Below are positions 21,001 through 33,691 of a stretch of 64,000 nt of DNA, piece after piece; within the stretch, counting starts at the first letter, position 1; each line of letters starts with the position of its first letter. Source of the DNA: Cyanophora paradoxa CCMP329 (taxonomy: Eukaryota > Plantae > Glaucophyta); NCBI GenBank assembly GCA_004431415.1, contig QPMI01000494.1, forward strand, positions 434,001-498,000, written 5' to 3'. The translations under genes were made by a program, and so were the position numbers. The notes under the pieces are model-generated. The model searched no databases. It was not told where the DNA came from and saw only the letters and a program-made list of their open reading frames with translations.

Positions 21001-24000
21001 ATCTTACTTCTTTCCGCTTCCTTCGGCTTCGCCCCAGAAGATGTCCGGGACGGACCTGGAGGCGGGGACGCTGGCCCCCCTGCAGGACCCGGGGCCGCAC
21101 CCCTTGGACGCCCAGAGGTGCCCCGCTCCGCCCCGCCCCGCCCCGCTGAGCTTGCTAAGATAAATCTAAGAAAGAAATCTAGGCGCGCGTCGGGCGCTCC
21201 TATCCTTGAGACTGGAATCCTGACCCCCGCCCGCCCTCGCCCCCCGGGCCCCCGCAGCACGCTGGGGGGCCTAGGGCCTAGATTAGACTCTCTTAGATTA
21301 GGCCTAGGACTTTTAGCTCCTAGCCCAAGGAGCCATTGCGAGCCGTCCCTTCCTACCCCCGCAGCACGGCAAGCCAAGGGCCTAGATAAGCCTCGCGTGG
21401 GCTAGATTACGTGGGCGCAGCAACGTGTCTAGAATCTTTTCTGAGCCCCGCTCCGCCCCCCCGCAGCACGCTGGCGGGCCTAGGGCCTAGATTAGGCTCT
21501 CAATTAGGGCCTAGACCCCTTAGGCTAGCTCCTAGCCCTGACGTGCCGCCCCTTCCTTCTCCCGCAACACGCTAGCATGAAAAGCGTCGGGCGCTCCCAT
21601 CATCCTTGAGCTATTCTTGAGACTAGAATCTTTTCTGAGCCCCTCCCTTCCCCCGCAGCACGCTGGCGGGCCTGCCGGCGGAGGAGAAAGCTCAGCTGGA
21701 GGCCCACGGGCGCCTCGTCCTCGCCGTCGGGATCGGCGCCCTCCTCTTCGTCCCCATCCTCAAGGTCCGCCCGCCCCGAGATTATTGTTCTTTACATAAG
21801 GTCGAAGCTATGTTATCCTACAGCTCCTCCTCCTTAGAGGGAGTCCGCTACTAGTCGTCCGCACCCGCCCCCGCCCGCCCCGAGATTATCCGCCCGCCCC
21901 CGCCCGCCCTGAGATTATATATATAATTATTACTCTAAAAGGTCGAAGCTAGTTAGTGGCTTTGGCTACTAGTCCGCTACTAGTCGTCCGCGCCGAGAAG
22001 TTAGTTAGTTAGCTTACAGTTAGCTTCTCCCTCCCCCTCCTCCTGTTCTTCTTCTTTTTGGCTTTGGCTCCTTCTCAGGACCGCCCTTCCCCTTCCGCAG
22101 ATCGTGACGCACCTGCCGCCCTTCATGGGCATCCTCCTCGGCCTCGCCGCCATGTGGCTCATCACCGACAAGGTCCGAGGCTTCGCCCCGCCTCGATGCT
22201 GGCTTGCCGAAGCTTGCCAGCTAGCTTTGGCTTGGAAAGCTAGCTTAGCCAAATGACGTCTCGAAGCTAGCTAGCTCTGGCTAATTATCCCCTCCCGATA
22301 AGATCCCCGCCCGATTAGATCCCAAGGATCCCGGGGCGAGCCTAGGTCCGCCCGATTAGAATCAACCAAGCTCGTCGTAGCGAAGCGAGCGAAGCAAAAG
22401 AGGTGGTGGATAGCTATCTATGGCTGGTCTCGCCTCCCCTCGCCCCGCCTGAGCTAAAGCCTCTTAGACGGGCGAGTGGCGTCTCTTATAATGAGCTGCC
22501 GCTTGCTCGCCCGCGCCGTCCCGCTCGAGCTGACCGGCGCGGACCGGATCCGGCGCGAGCGCAGGCCCACGAGAAGCAGGGCCGCCACAACCTCCGGTAT
22601 CCCCCCTCCCCCCCCCCCCCCCCGCCCCCGCCCGGCACAGCTCCCCAGGACCTGACCCCCCCGCCCTCCTGCCCGCCCAGGATGCCGCACGCTCTCTCGC
22701 GGATCGACATCACTTCCATCCTCTTCTTCCTCGGCATCCTCCTTGCCGTCAGGCGAGTTGATCTAAGTTCTTAAGATCGCCTCGGCATGTTCCTGGGCCA
22801 TGGCCCTTGTTGTTGATCAAAGTTCTTAAGATCCATTTAGATATAGATAGTTATACCTCCATTTTTTCTTCCTCGGCATCCTCCTCGCCGTTAGGCAAGC
22901 CATGATCTAGAAGCTCCACCTCTAGGGCCCTATGCCCTATGATCTATGATCCTGGACCTTGGCTATGTCTCTAGCTCCGTTCTCTTCTTCCTTGGCGCTC
23001 TGCTCGCCGACAGGCAAGCGCGCGAGCCAGGCGGCCAGCCGGCCAGATCTTAAGGTCCTAGCTCCTAGCTCCTAGCCTGGTCCTTTGCTGACTAGCTCTG
23101 TCCTCTTCTTCCGGCGTCATATATATATATATATATCTACCTGTAGCTACCTATCTATCATTAGATGCAGCTCTTAGTCTCCGAACTCTTCTCTTCGTTG
23201 CCTCCTCTTCTCTTCTCCGAACTCTCCCGGCTGCCGGGTCTGATCGCGGCTGACGGGGAGTGCCCGCGCAGCACGCTCTCCGTGTCGGGCCTCCTGAAGA
23301 AACTCGCAGTCCTGCTCAACAACGTGCGCCCGAATCCGAGCGGAGCGGAGCTAGATATACATGTATATATAGCTGAGCCAGTGCCAAAGCACAAGTAAAT
23401 TTAACTAGAGCTAGGCTAATTAATCTGAGCTTCGGTAGCGAAGGCTCAGTTTGCTTTTAGCTCCGACCGCTTCTAGCTCTATCGCCTGCTAGGCTAATCC
23501 GATGATCCGCGCTGCAGTGATTCGCCTTTCCTCAGCTGACTTCGTTCGCAGAGCGTCAAGTCGTCTGAGGTCATCACGCTCCTCATTGTGCGTCAGTCGC
23601 TCTCTTTCTTTCCTCCGCTTCCGAGGCTTAAGTTGCAATCGGTCTAGCTATAGCTTCTTCGATTCTTAAGCTTCTTCTTAAGCTTCTTCTTAAGCTCCTT
23701 CTTAAGCTTCTTCTTAAGCTTCTTCTAGTTAGCTTCCAGAGAGAAGTCGTCTGAGGTCATCGCGCTCCTCATCGTGCGCCGCTCTCTCCCCTCCGCTTAA
23801 GTTGCAATCGGTCTAGCCAAAAGCGTGGACGGCCGAACGGGGCGGGGCGGGGCGAGTTGGCTTCAGTCAGCTCTTAGCGCTTCTTCGTCTTCCGTATGAC
23901 TCCCAGAGGGAGTCTTCCTCGCCCCCCCCCCCCCCCTCTTCCTCCTTCCCCCCCCTTCCCCCCCCTCTTTTTCCTCCCCTCTTCTTGACGGAGCCGCCTT

Positions 24001-25345
24001 GCCCCCCCCCCCCTTCTTCCTCCCCGCAGGGCCTCCTCTCGGCGGTCGTCGACAACGTCCCCTGGTCCGCTCCCCCCCCCCTCCCCCCCCCCCCCCCCCG
24101 CCTTTAGCTAATTACAAGCCAACCTAGGGCCTCGCCCCGTCCCCGGCCCCGCCCCGCCCCGCCCCGCCCCGGCCCGGCCGTGCTCTATAGGGCGGCTAGG
24201 GGACTAGCCGTCCATTTCGCCCCTTCCTCGCCGCGCCCTTCCCTTAATTTGATCGTCGGCGCTGAGCGGCGCCCCGGCCGGGCCGGGCCGCAGGTGGCGG
24301 CGGCGATGCAGATGTACAATTTGACGCCCACGGCGAACGGCGATCCGTTCTACCCCCAGGACAGTCCCTTCTGGCTTCTCCTCGGTGCGCAAAGGACGAC
24401 AGCAAACAAAGCAAAGCAAACTTCAGATCATATAATCAGAGCCAATTGGCGCTGGCGGGATTAGAGACGAGTCATATAAGAGAAAGATAAAAGCAACAGA
24501 CAACGGGGGAACAGAGCTAAGCAGATGAGGCTGTATCACAAGAAGATCAGACGAGCCAGCTCGGCTCTCGGATCCGATCCGAATTTGACTCGTCCGGGAT
24601 CGCAGCGTACTGCGCGGGGACGGGCGGCTCGATCCTCATCATCGGGAGCGCCGCCGGCGTCGCCTTCATGGGCCTCGAGAAAGTGGTCCGCGATCACACA
24701 TACCACATCATAACATAACACAAGATAACCGGCGATCCTTATGTTCCAATAAAAGGACCGGCGAACAATACATAAGGATCGGCGAACGGGATCGATTGGT
24801 TCTCATAGGGCTTTAGAAGAAAGTGGTGGAGAAAGTGGCTCATAGGCCTTCATGGGCCTGGAAAAAGTGGTGAGGCACTCTATAAGCTTAAGGATCTTTT
24901 AAGGATTCTATAACTCTAAAGTGGCGAGGCCTCGAATGTTTTTGGGACCGGCGTGGGGAAACCACATAAAGATCGGCGACGGCGAACGGGATCAGTGGGT
25001 CCTCTAGCCCCGCAGGGCCTCTAGAAGATGGTCCTCTAGCAAGGCCGAATACATCTATATATATATATAAACCACATAACTCTACAAGGATCGGCGAGCG
25101 GGATCCGTTGTTTCTTTTAGGGTTTTCAAGTCGGCCCTCTAGTCTTGCAGGGCCGCCGGGCCTAGAGAAAATATCTCTCTCAAAAGCACTTTTCCCTTTT
25201 TTCCTTTTTTTCCCTCACGAAGCGGTTTCTTGCGCAGAACTTTTTCTGGTACATGAAGCGGATCGCCCCCGTGGCGCTGGTGGGGTACCTCGCCGGATTC
25301 GCCTGGTTCATCGTCCAGATGAAGATCCCGGGCTGGGTCGCTTAG
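18043..25345 (+). CDS. nhaD: NhaD-family (plant NHD1-like) Na+/H+ antiporter, >20 small exons, with an expanded hydrophilic loop
   Basis: Exons give EHNIGINKGTTS, IVFFLLGAVTIVELMDGHGGF, SAVLDNLTTTI, IAANAGGAWTCIGDVTTTMLW, LPPFMGILLGL, SILFFLGILLAV, SAVVDNVP, YCAGTGGSILIIGSAAGVAFMGLEK and FFWYMKRI. Stop TAG at 25343-25345. The start is approximate. Confidence 0.92.
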
Positions 25346-26943
25346 GCCCCGGATCCGGAACTTTGTATGGCCAGGCCTTTGTAGGGTCGGCCAGGAGCTA
25401 TATATGGCCAGGCCGGGCCAGGAGCAGGAGGCCCCACCCACCCGGCTGGCCTGCACGGCCCCTTCCCTTCCTTCCCCCCGCTTCCTGCCCCGTCTTCCAA
25501 GCCCCCCTCTCTTCCCATCTTCCGGGGTAGGGCCCAATTTCCGGTCCTGCTGCATCATAATAATATTAATATTCCCGCTTGCGATCTAGCTAGCTAGCTA
25601 GCTAGCTACCTAGCTAGCCTAGCGTTGTAGACGCAGCTGCGCCCTTGCTTCCCCAAGCCTTTTTGCGGTCTTTTTGCGGTCTTAGTTTCAATTCCGGACG
25701 TCGGCCTCGGCGAATTCGAGCTCAGTTCCTTCCGTAAACTCATCCAAGTCGAGTTGTCGGCGTTTGATTTGCTTCAGCGCGCAAGCTTGTTTCATTCGGG
25801 TGATATTGATCAGATGAGATGTGTACGTTTTTGCTTCTCAAAAGTTTCCGCCTGACGTCAACCATCATATGCATGGCGTGCATATCGCCATACGTGAACC
25901 ATCATGGCGTGGATATCCAATTGCAGTATATGTATAGCTATAGCTGGCTCGCTGTACATGTATAACGTTAACAATAGCTGGATGTCGGGTAGTAATATTA
26001 ATTGCGCGTTTTGCTTCAAGGCTTCTGCGGTGTCTGCTGGTCCTTCTAGATGTAGCGGCGGGATCCAACTCCGGAAAATTTGATCTTGATCACATGAACC
26101 CTTGAAGCTGGAAGCTGCGTGGGGATCCCCGGATCCGGAGGAGGACTTGTGCATTCGCAGGCATAGGTTGCGCCCCAGGCCTGCACCGCTGCAGGCCCTA
26201 ACCGCTGACGGCCGCGGCCTCGGTGCGCTTTTTTATGCATCTGTCTCCCCACCCCAGAGGTGCCCCCAGCGCTCGCGATCGGCTGCCCACCGGTACCTTC
26301 CCACCCCTCCCTCCCTCTCCGCTCCCCCCAACCCGCCGCTCCTACCCCGCGGGCCCCGCTCAGCCCCACCGTAGGAATAAACGCTGATCAGGAATGACTC
26401 TTTCGGTACAAAGAATTACGTATACGTATAGGTGAGCTTGCAATTGATCGAGATCTGAAGCGCAATGCTAAAAACTAATAGAGCTCAAAATTAGCTAGAT
26501 TCAGATCGATATCTAGATCACGTAGAAAAAAGCACTAAATTGATCGACGCAGCTTGCAATCGGCCGCGGGCAGGTCAGAAGAACTCGTGAACGCATGCGT
26601 AAGTATTCAGCTTTCCGATTCTCTACATACGCAACATTATATATGTGATGAAAGAAGAAACAAAGAGGTGAAGATCGACTAACGCGTCGGACGCGTCAAT
26701 CGACGTCAGCGATAAATATCTAATTCGCAAAGCTCTGCATACATGAAAAAGCGCTAAAGAGGGATCGGAGTGAAGCAGCCTGGCAGGCTGAACAAATGGC
26801 ATGGCAGACAATTGAAGCAAGCACAAGCTCAAAGTGAAGCTCTGTAGAAAGGGAGATCTAGAGTACACATGATCCTGAACTACTGGGAAAAGAGGCTTAT
26901 ACACCCGAAAAAGCTGAGAACTCGAAAATGAACGGAAGGAAAA

Positions 26944-28693
26944 TTAGATGAAGGCGGAGGACATCCAGTCCTCGTCGGTCTCCCCGACCATGCCGAGCTC
27001 CGCGTCGCTCGCGTCCGAGTCGATCGCCATGGCCAGGCGGCAGGACCCGGCGCCCGAGCAGACGAACTCGTCGAAACCGAGGCCGGCGCCGTTGGGGCCC
27101 GAGGCGCCCGCGAGGGCCGAGCCGATCGCACAGACGGCAGTGGCGTCGTCGTCGCTCACGCGCTGCAGTATCGAAATGAAGATTGGCGTCAGCCCTCGCC
27201 ACAAGATTGTATTCATGATGCTTTCTAATAAATTTAAAGAATAGCGCACGTCCGCGTCGTCCAGCACGTAATCGAGGTGGCGAGAGGCGAGGTAGGAGGG
27301 GCCGGCCGGCGCCGCCTCGTCCGACGGGTCCTCCGAGTCCTGCGGCGCCATCCGCCCGGCGGTCGGACAGATATTCATGGACGCGTAACCTTCAGTTAAA
27401 GCTGCCTTCGAACAGGTGTTTATGGCCTCTTACTAAGTTAGAAGAACGTATAAATCAAGTTATCGTGGAAGCGCAAGCTCGAGGCTCGAGCCTCAGTCTA
27501 AAGCACTCCTATTGCAGAGAACATGGTTTGTGGCTGCTGACCTCGTGCTCGGGATCGACGAAGTAGACGGCCCTCCGAGCGAGTCCCACCTCGTCGTCGC
27601 TGGGCGAGGCGGCCATTTGCACGCGCGTCGCCGTCCCAGAGAGCGGCGACAGCGAATCGTCCTCGTCCTGCACGCATGCGTGGCGCGCGCACACACAAGA
27701 ACAGTCAACGTTATATTTGAAGGTTCATTTCGGGAAGGGCATGCATGTGTAATGCACCTCAGGGTCCACGAACATAACGTTGCGGCGGGGCGCCACGTCA
27801 TCCTCATCCTACGCACAACGAAGGACGATGAGAAACGTTTCATGATCATGCATATGCATGGATTTCGCAGTTGCGAAGGGCGTGCCGCAGTGCGCAGTGC
27901 ACGTGCGTATATACTATATATGATTATTATAAGCGCATGCGCATGCGCGCACCTGATTGTTCACATACACAACGTTCCTGCTGCTGGCAGCCACGTCGAC
28001 GTCTTCGTCATCCTACGCACGGACCGGGACAGCGATGATCAATTATATATATATCATTCAAACGCATACATATACACGGTTCGAGGTAGAACTTGGAAGG
28101 CGAAATGAAAGGCGAGCGTATTCGCACCTCGGAATCCACATACACGACGTTGCGGCGGGGCGCCAAGTCGGCGTCGGAGTCCTCGGCGACGCAACTGACG
28201 TCGCGCCTAACAACGAGGCCGATCTCGTCGTCTCCCTGCGCGTCCTGCGGCCGCGCCGCGCGTGAGCGTTTCAGACCCGATCCGCGCAAGCCAAGCTGAG
28301 GCCTAGGTCGCGATTGGAATGGCCGGCCGCGGGCCCGCCGCGCCGCCCCACATTCAAATTCAGGCGCAGGGGCGAACCTCCACATCCGACTCGGGCTCCA
28401 CGAAGAGAGCCTTGCGCCGCACGACTCCGTCGTCACCCATGCCCTGCGCGCACGCGCACGCGAAATGCGAACACTAACGTCAGATTGCGCATTCACGTCG
28501 TCGACGGGCGCGGCCGCGGGTGGCGATGGACGCGGGGATTGTGCGTGCGCACCCCCCAGCCGGAAGCGCGCGCGACGGTGGACGTCTCGGAGGAGGAGCT
28601 CGCCCCCGGGCTCCAGTTCGCGAGAAAGTCGAAGCCGAGGGCGATGGCCGAGAGCATGTTGGCGGCATCGACGGGGATGAACGAGTGCGCCAT
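26944..28693 (-). CDS. Acidic, probably disordered host protein built from repeated phase-0 exons (DD..RRNVx[YF]VDxE)
   Basis: Four similar exons with AG/GT boundaries lie between 27540 and 28250. The start is uncertain. Confidence 0.5.
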
Positions 28694-29396
28694 TGATATT
28701 GCGGGAGACTTCGATGTCGATCTGGAGCTGCAGCTGGATCGCCGAGTCGGAGCTGAGCGCTTTCAAAGTTCGGGAATCGAGAAGGGCCGTGTCGGGGGAC
28801 CCCGGACTCGGGGCTCGCTAACTTCGGAGCTGCCTTAAGCTTGAGCTGCAACGTTAACGCCGAACGCGCTGGACACTCTGCGGCACTGCGGCAGCCTGCC
28901 AGGCTGATGCAGGCCCCGCCGGGCCGGGTCCGCCGAGGCCTGCACTGGCCCTGCAGGCCCGCCGCGGCGCAGCCTGGCAGACCCGCACTGCCCCGGGTCA
29001 CTGACTCAGTGACTCACTGGCAGTCACTGGCACTCACTGGCACAGTCTGGCAGTCACTGCCCCGCAGCCTCAGCCACTGGAACTCTGCCAGGCTGGAACA
29101 GCCTCACAGGCCCCGACTCCCCGAGTCCTCTGACTCTGCCGCAGTGCAGGGCCACTGCAGGCTGCCAGGCCCTGAGGCTCAGCGGCTGTGCAGGCTCACA
29201 GTGCAGCCTCTCAGCGGCGAGACTCAGCCTGCCTCTGCTGCCTGAGCCATCATCTCAGCCATGCAGGCCATCAGCCTCCCCTCCCGTTCAATTGATTGGT
29301 CATACTATGATAGTACCTGCTAGCCCTAGTAGCCTAGTAGGGCCAAGATGTACCTGCCACTGGCTGCCAGGCTGCTATACTGGAGAAGTTCCATGC

Positions 29397-29655
29397 GAAC
29401 TGGTTAATTTAGTACTGGAAAATAATTAGTATTTCACCAAAACTGCCACTTTAGCAGCTGGTAAATCTTTGGTAGGTCAGTCTTGCTGAGTCTTCGCAGG
29501 GCTTTTATATGGCGGAGGCGGGGCCAACTACCCCTAAGAATTCTCGGCTTTAGCAGGCGGGAAATATTTAGTAGATCGCCCAAAAACTTTTTAGTACTAT
29601 AAATATGCAGCCCACTAAACAGTATAAACATTTCTAGCTCTCCAGACTCCAGTAA
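29397..29655 (+). repeat. Dispersed ~250-bp AT-rich repeat, copy 1 (copy 2 at ~32409-32655)
   Basis: GAACTGGTTAATTTAGTAC.GGAAAATAATTAG...TAGTACTATAAATATGCAGCCCACTAAA occurs twice in direct orientation, with substitutions and indels. Confidence 0.85.
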
Positions 29656-30006
29656 GTCAGCAGCTGGCCTTTTATCCTTTTTTGTGTCTTTTAGGTCACG
29701 ATTGATTTTCATCAGACAGGCTCCGACTTGCCGCCGAGTTGCAATTGGCGGGCAAATGGGGTACCGCCGGGCCATTGAATTCGAAGCAATTTGCAATTGA
29801 AGCATGGGGCGGCATTGGGGGAATTTGGGCCCAATTTTGGGGCCATTGGCGGCGGGATGATGGGCCGCATGATGCCCGCATCATCAGGCCCGCATGGCCC
29901 AGTGGGCCCGCATGTTACTAGTACTACTACGCTTGTAATTTGCTAATTGCAATTGGGCCCGCCGTGGCCGCGCGCCGCGCGCGCGCGGGCGCGCGGCGCG
30001 CGGCCG

Positions 30007-31760
30007 TTGCCCAGAGGCCAAATTCGGCAATTTCAAGCATCGGCAATGTTGCTGGGGGTAGGCACTTTCTTGGGTCGCCATACAGCGAACGTCGATTTTT
30101 AATTTTACTACCTACGGGGGGTTCGCCCATCCGTAGTCGACGTTTATATATAATTAGGGCGAATTAAGCCGTCCTACAAGTTGCAATTGCCGGCAAGTCG
30201 GCGGCAACATGGCCGAAAGGTACTTACGAGCCTCTTTGCGCATTTGTGATTCAAATCGTGATCGTGATTCGTTTTTTGTGAGTGAGTTTTGATGAGTTTT
30301 TTCAGTTTTGATTTTTTCTGGTTTGAAGCCGTTTGAATATTCAAATTTTGAACGTTTCGAGCCCGTGCGCTCTGACGTCGACGTTTTGGGCAGTGAAACG
30401 CCGTCGGCGCCGCGGCCCGCGGGCCGCGGCGCCGAAGGCGCCCGCGCGCCGCGGCGCGCGTCGCGCGCGGCGGCCCGCCGGCGCCGGGCGCCCGCGGCCG
30501 GCGCCGGCGCGCCGCCGGGCCGCCGGCGGCGCGCACCAACTTCAAAACTCGTCGGGTTCGATCGAATGGGTTCGATACTATTCGGTTCGATACTCACCCG
30601 GGACTCGGGGCCGGGCCGGGAGACTGGCGGGAGTCACCCCTACCAACTTGCAAATTAAGTTGCAAGTTGCTACCAACTTCAAGCTGGCAACTTGGTAGTA
30701 GCTATATATATAGTTGCCACTGCCAACTTGCCAGTTTTCAACTTGCCAGTTTTGCCACTGCATGCCGCATGCGCACTGACAGCACTGTGACTGCCGCAGT
30801 GCAGCACTGCTTCGCGCTTGCCAGTTACTTCAAGTCTTCAACTCGTACTGTTGCCACACGAATTGCTAGCTATAGCCTACAGGCTACCGTGTAATACTTA
30901 ATTACCGCGCTGACATAACTACTGCGCTACCATATTACTGCGCTCTAAATTTTTAGAACGCAGTAATTTGGAAGCGCAGTAAAGCGCGCGCGCCCGCGGG
31001 CCGCGGCCTACCGCAGACTACCGCGTCAATACCCAGGACCGGCGCAGAATGTTTAGAACGCAGTAATTTGGTAGCGCAGTAAAGCGCCTACCGGCGCAGA
31101 AATTTTAGAACGCAGTAATTTGTGGCGCAGTAAATAAGTGTTACACGGTACAGCAACTTGTGGCAAGTTGTGGCAAGTTTGACTGGCAACTTGGCAACTT
31201 CATGTTCAACTTCAAGGCTTGCCAGCTCAGCGCTAGCGGCTAGTGAGTGGCACTTGCATGCCATCATTGCCATGATGCCACGGGCCACCGTGGGCCGTGG
31301 CGCGGCCCGCCGGGGGCCGCCGCCCACGTGCACCGAATATCTAATCCACCGATTCGCACCGACGCGTCGAGTGACTCGCCGCGGTCGAGTCGGCCGCCGG
31401 GCGGCCCGGGCGTCGAGTCGCCGACTCGCCGTCGACTCGGCGACGCCCACTGGGCCATGCACCGTGTGACCGTCGGACCGTGGCACCAACTTTTGGCAAG
31501 TGGTGCAACTTGCCAAAAGTTGGCAAGTTACCAACTTCGAATCCAAAGGCAACTTGCAAGTTGCAAGTACGACTACTGTAGCGGGCGGAAATTGCCGAGG
31601 CGAAACATTGCCGAATTGGCCCCAAACCGGATCGAATTGCCGTGGCGATAAATTGCCGAATCCAGAATATAATTTTATCTGCTCTATGGCGGCCTAGGAA
31701 ACTACCTACCCCCAGCAACATTGCCGATGCTTAGAATTGCCGAATTCGGCCTCTCGGCAA
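30007..31760. repeat. Pair of ~80-bp imperfect inverted repeats (30007-30086 / 31681-31760) enclosing nested repeats; probable non-autonomous DNA transposon remnants
   Basis: AGCATCGGCAATGTTGCTGGGGGTAGG versus CCTACCCCCAGCAACATTGCCGATGCT. No TSD was established. Confidence 0.6.
30887..31148. mobile_element. 262-bp MITE, Tc1/mariner(pogo)-like, with TA TSD
   Basis: TA|CCGTGTAATACTTAATTAC ... GTAAATAAGTGTTACACGG|TA, with internal AGAACGCAGTAATTTG repeats. A related right end lies at ~44030-44138. Confidence 0.85.
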
Positions 31761-33691
31761 TTTACGGCAATTTAAAACTACGGCTAAAAAAGCCGTCCTA
31801 CAGTACCGACCGTCACACTGTACCGCCCAACACTGTCACTTGCACTGTTGCGCATGCCACGAATCCCCACGATGCACGACGTTTGCACGTTTACGTTGGC
31901 ACGTGACGTTGCACAGTGCACGTGTGTCATTGATATTGTGACAATGATGATCGCAATCCGAGTCATCGCATTGTGATTCGCAATATATATGAATCGCATG
32001 AGACCACTATTATTACCAGTACTTGTCATCATTGAATTGAATCGTCACCAATACTGATCATGATTCGTGAGTCATGACAAGTTGACAGCTTGGCTTATCG
32101 CGATCGATCGCGATTCGCGATCGGAAGTACTACTATACTAGTAATCTATAGCTATAGCTAGCACAGAGACTACCCCAGCCTACCGGTACGGTGGTACCCT
32201 GGTACTGGTCCGGTAGCCGCGGCCGGGGGCCGGGCCCCGGCGGCCCGGCCCCCGGGCCCCGGCCCCCGGCCCGGCGGCCCGGCGGCGGGGCCCGGGGGCC
32301 GCCGGATCCGGAGGGCGGCGCGGCGGCGCGGCCGGGCGGTCCGGACTCCGGACTCCGAGGCGCCTCCGGAGTCCGGAGGGCCAGAGCCTAGATACTGGAG
32401 CCCTCCGAGAACTGGTTAATTTAGTACAGGAAAATAATTAGTTCTTCGCCAAAACTGCCACTTTAGCGGCTGGTAACTCTTTAGTAGGTCAGTCTTCGCA
32501 GGGCCCCGGGCTTTTGTATGGCGGAGACAGGGCTACCTCTACAGAATCTCGCCGAGTCGGCTTTAGCAGGCGGGAATATTTAGTAGATCGTCCAAAAACT
32601 TTTAAATTTAGTACTATAAATATGCAGCCCACTAAATATTTCTAGCACTCCAGTATCGATCTAGAGACTAGAGGTCCCGGCCCCCGGGCCCCGCGGGTTC
32701 GGAGTCGGACTCCGGACTCCGGGAGTCCGGAGTCCGGACTCCGGGAGTCCGGACCGTCGGACTGCAGGCTGCAGCTGCCGCAGTGCAGCTTGCCGTGGGC
32801 CCGCGGGACGCAGGCACCGAGCTCAGCGAATGCCACCGATCGCGAGCTCAGCGAAAACGCTGACTCAGTGAGCATGCCGCAATATTAATACAATCATTGA
32901 ATGCATGGGGTTAACGGCCGGATGGGTTAACGGCCGGATCACTGCGCGGGCTTAAAGCTTGTCGAGCGGTACCGGTGTGCCCGGTGGCAGTGCGCTGACC
33001 ACCGACGACGGAAGCACCCAGCTGCAGCCTGGCAGGACACCGTCACACCGGGCGATCGAGCGGATCCACAAGTTGCTGGCCGTGTTGACGGTATCTGCAC
33101 AGTAAGATGCATTCGCCAGCTCGAACGAAATTAAACGGGCTGAGATTCAACTATAATCTCGACAAAAGCGCTGACAGAACGTAGGCTCGTCACTCTCGCA
33201 AACCGGTCACCGAGTCTCTGCGCACATTAACAGCTTTAATTGAGACATTTCGGAATCTTGCTGTGCACATATATAGTTTCTGTGCTCGCGGCTCGCCTGG
33301 GTGACAGCCTTAATAATCGTCGCAGCGCTGGCTCGAGTGTACACCGTCCGACGGTCGCGCCTCCGTCGATGGAAAGCGCCGGCAGCTGTCCTCCCCGCAC
33401 CCTTCCCCGCCTCCCCCCGCATCCGCTGCCCGCCTTCTACCACCGCCTCCACTCACTCTCTCTCCTTCCTCCTCTCCTCCTCCTACCACCTCCTTCACCT
33501 CGGCAAAACAGGGCACGGACTAATCCGTGTTTTGGGGCGCAGGTGAGGAGGAGGCAGGAGCTCGAGGCGGAATGGGAAGGAGAATGAGTGATGGAGCGGC
33601 GGCAAAGGAGGGCGGCGGACTGCGGAGAGGAGAGCTACAGCCTACAGGCCTCTGCTATACCAGGACGGGACTCTGCGGGGAGATCGTAGTA

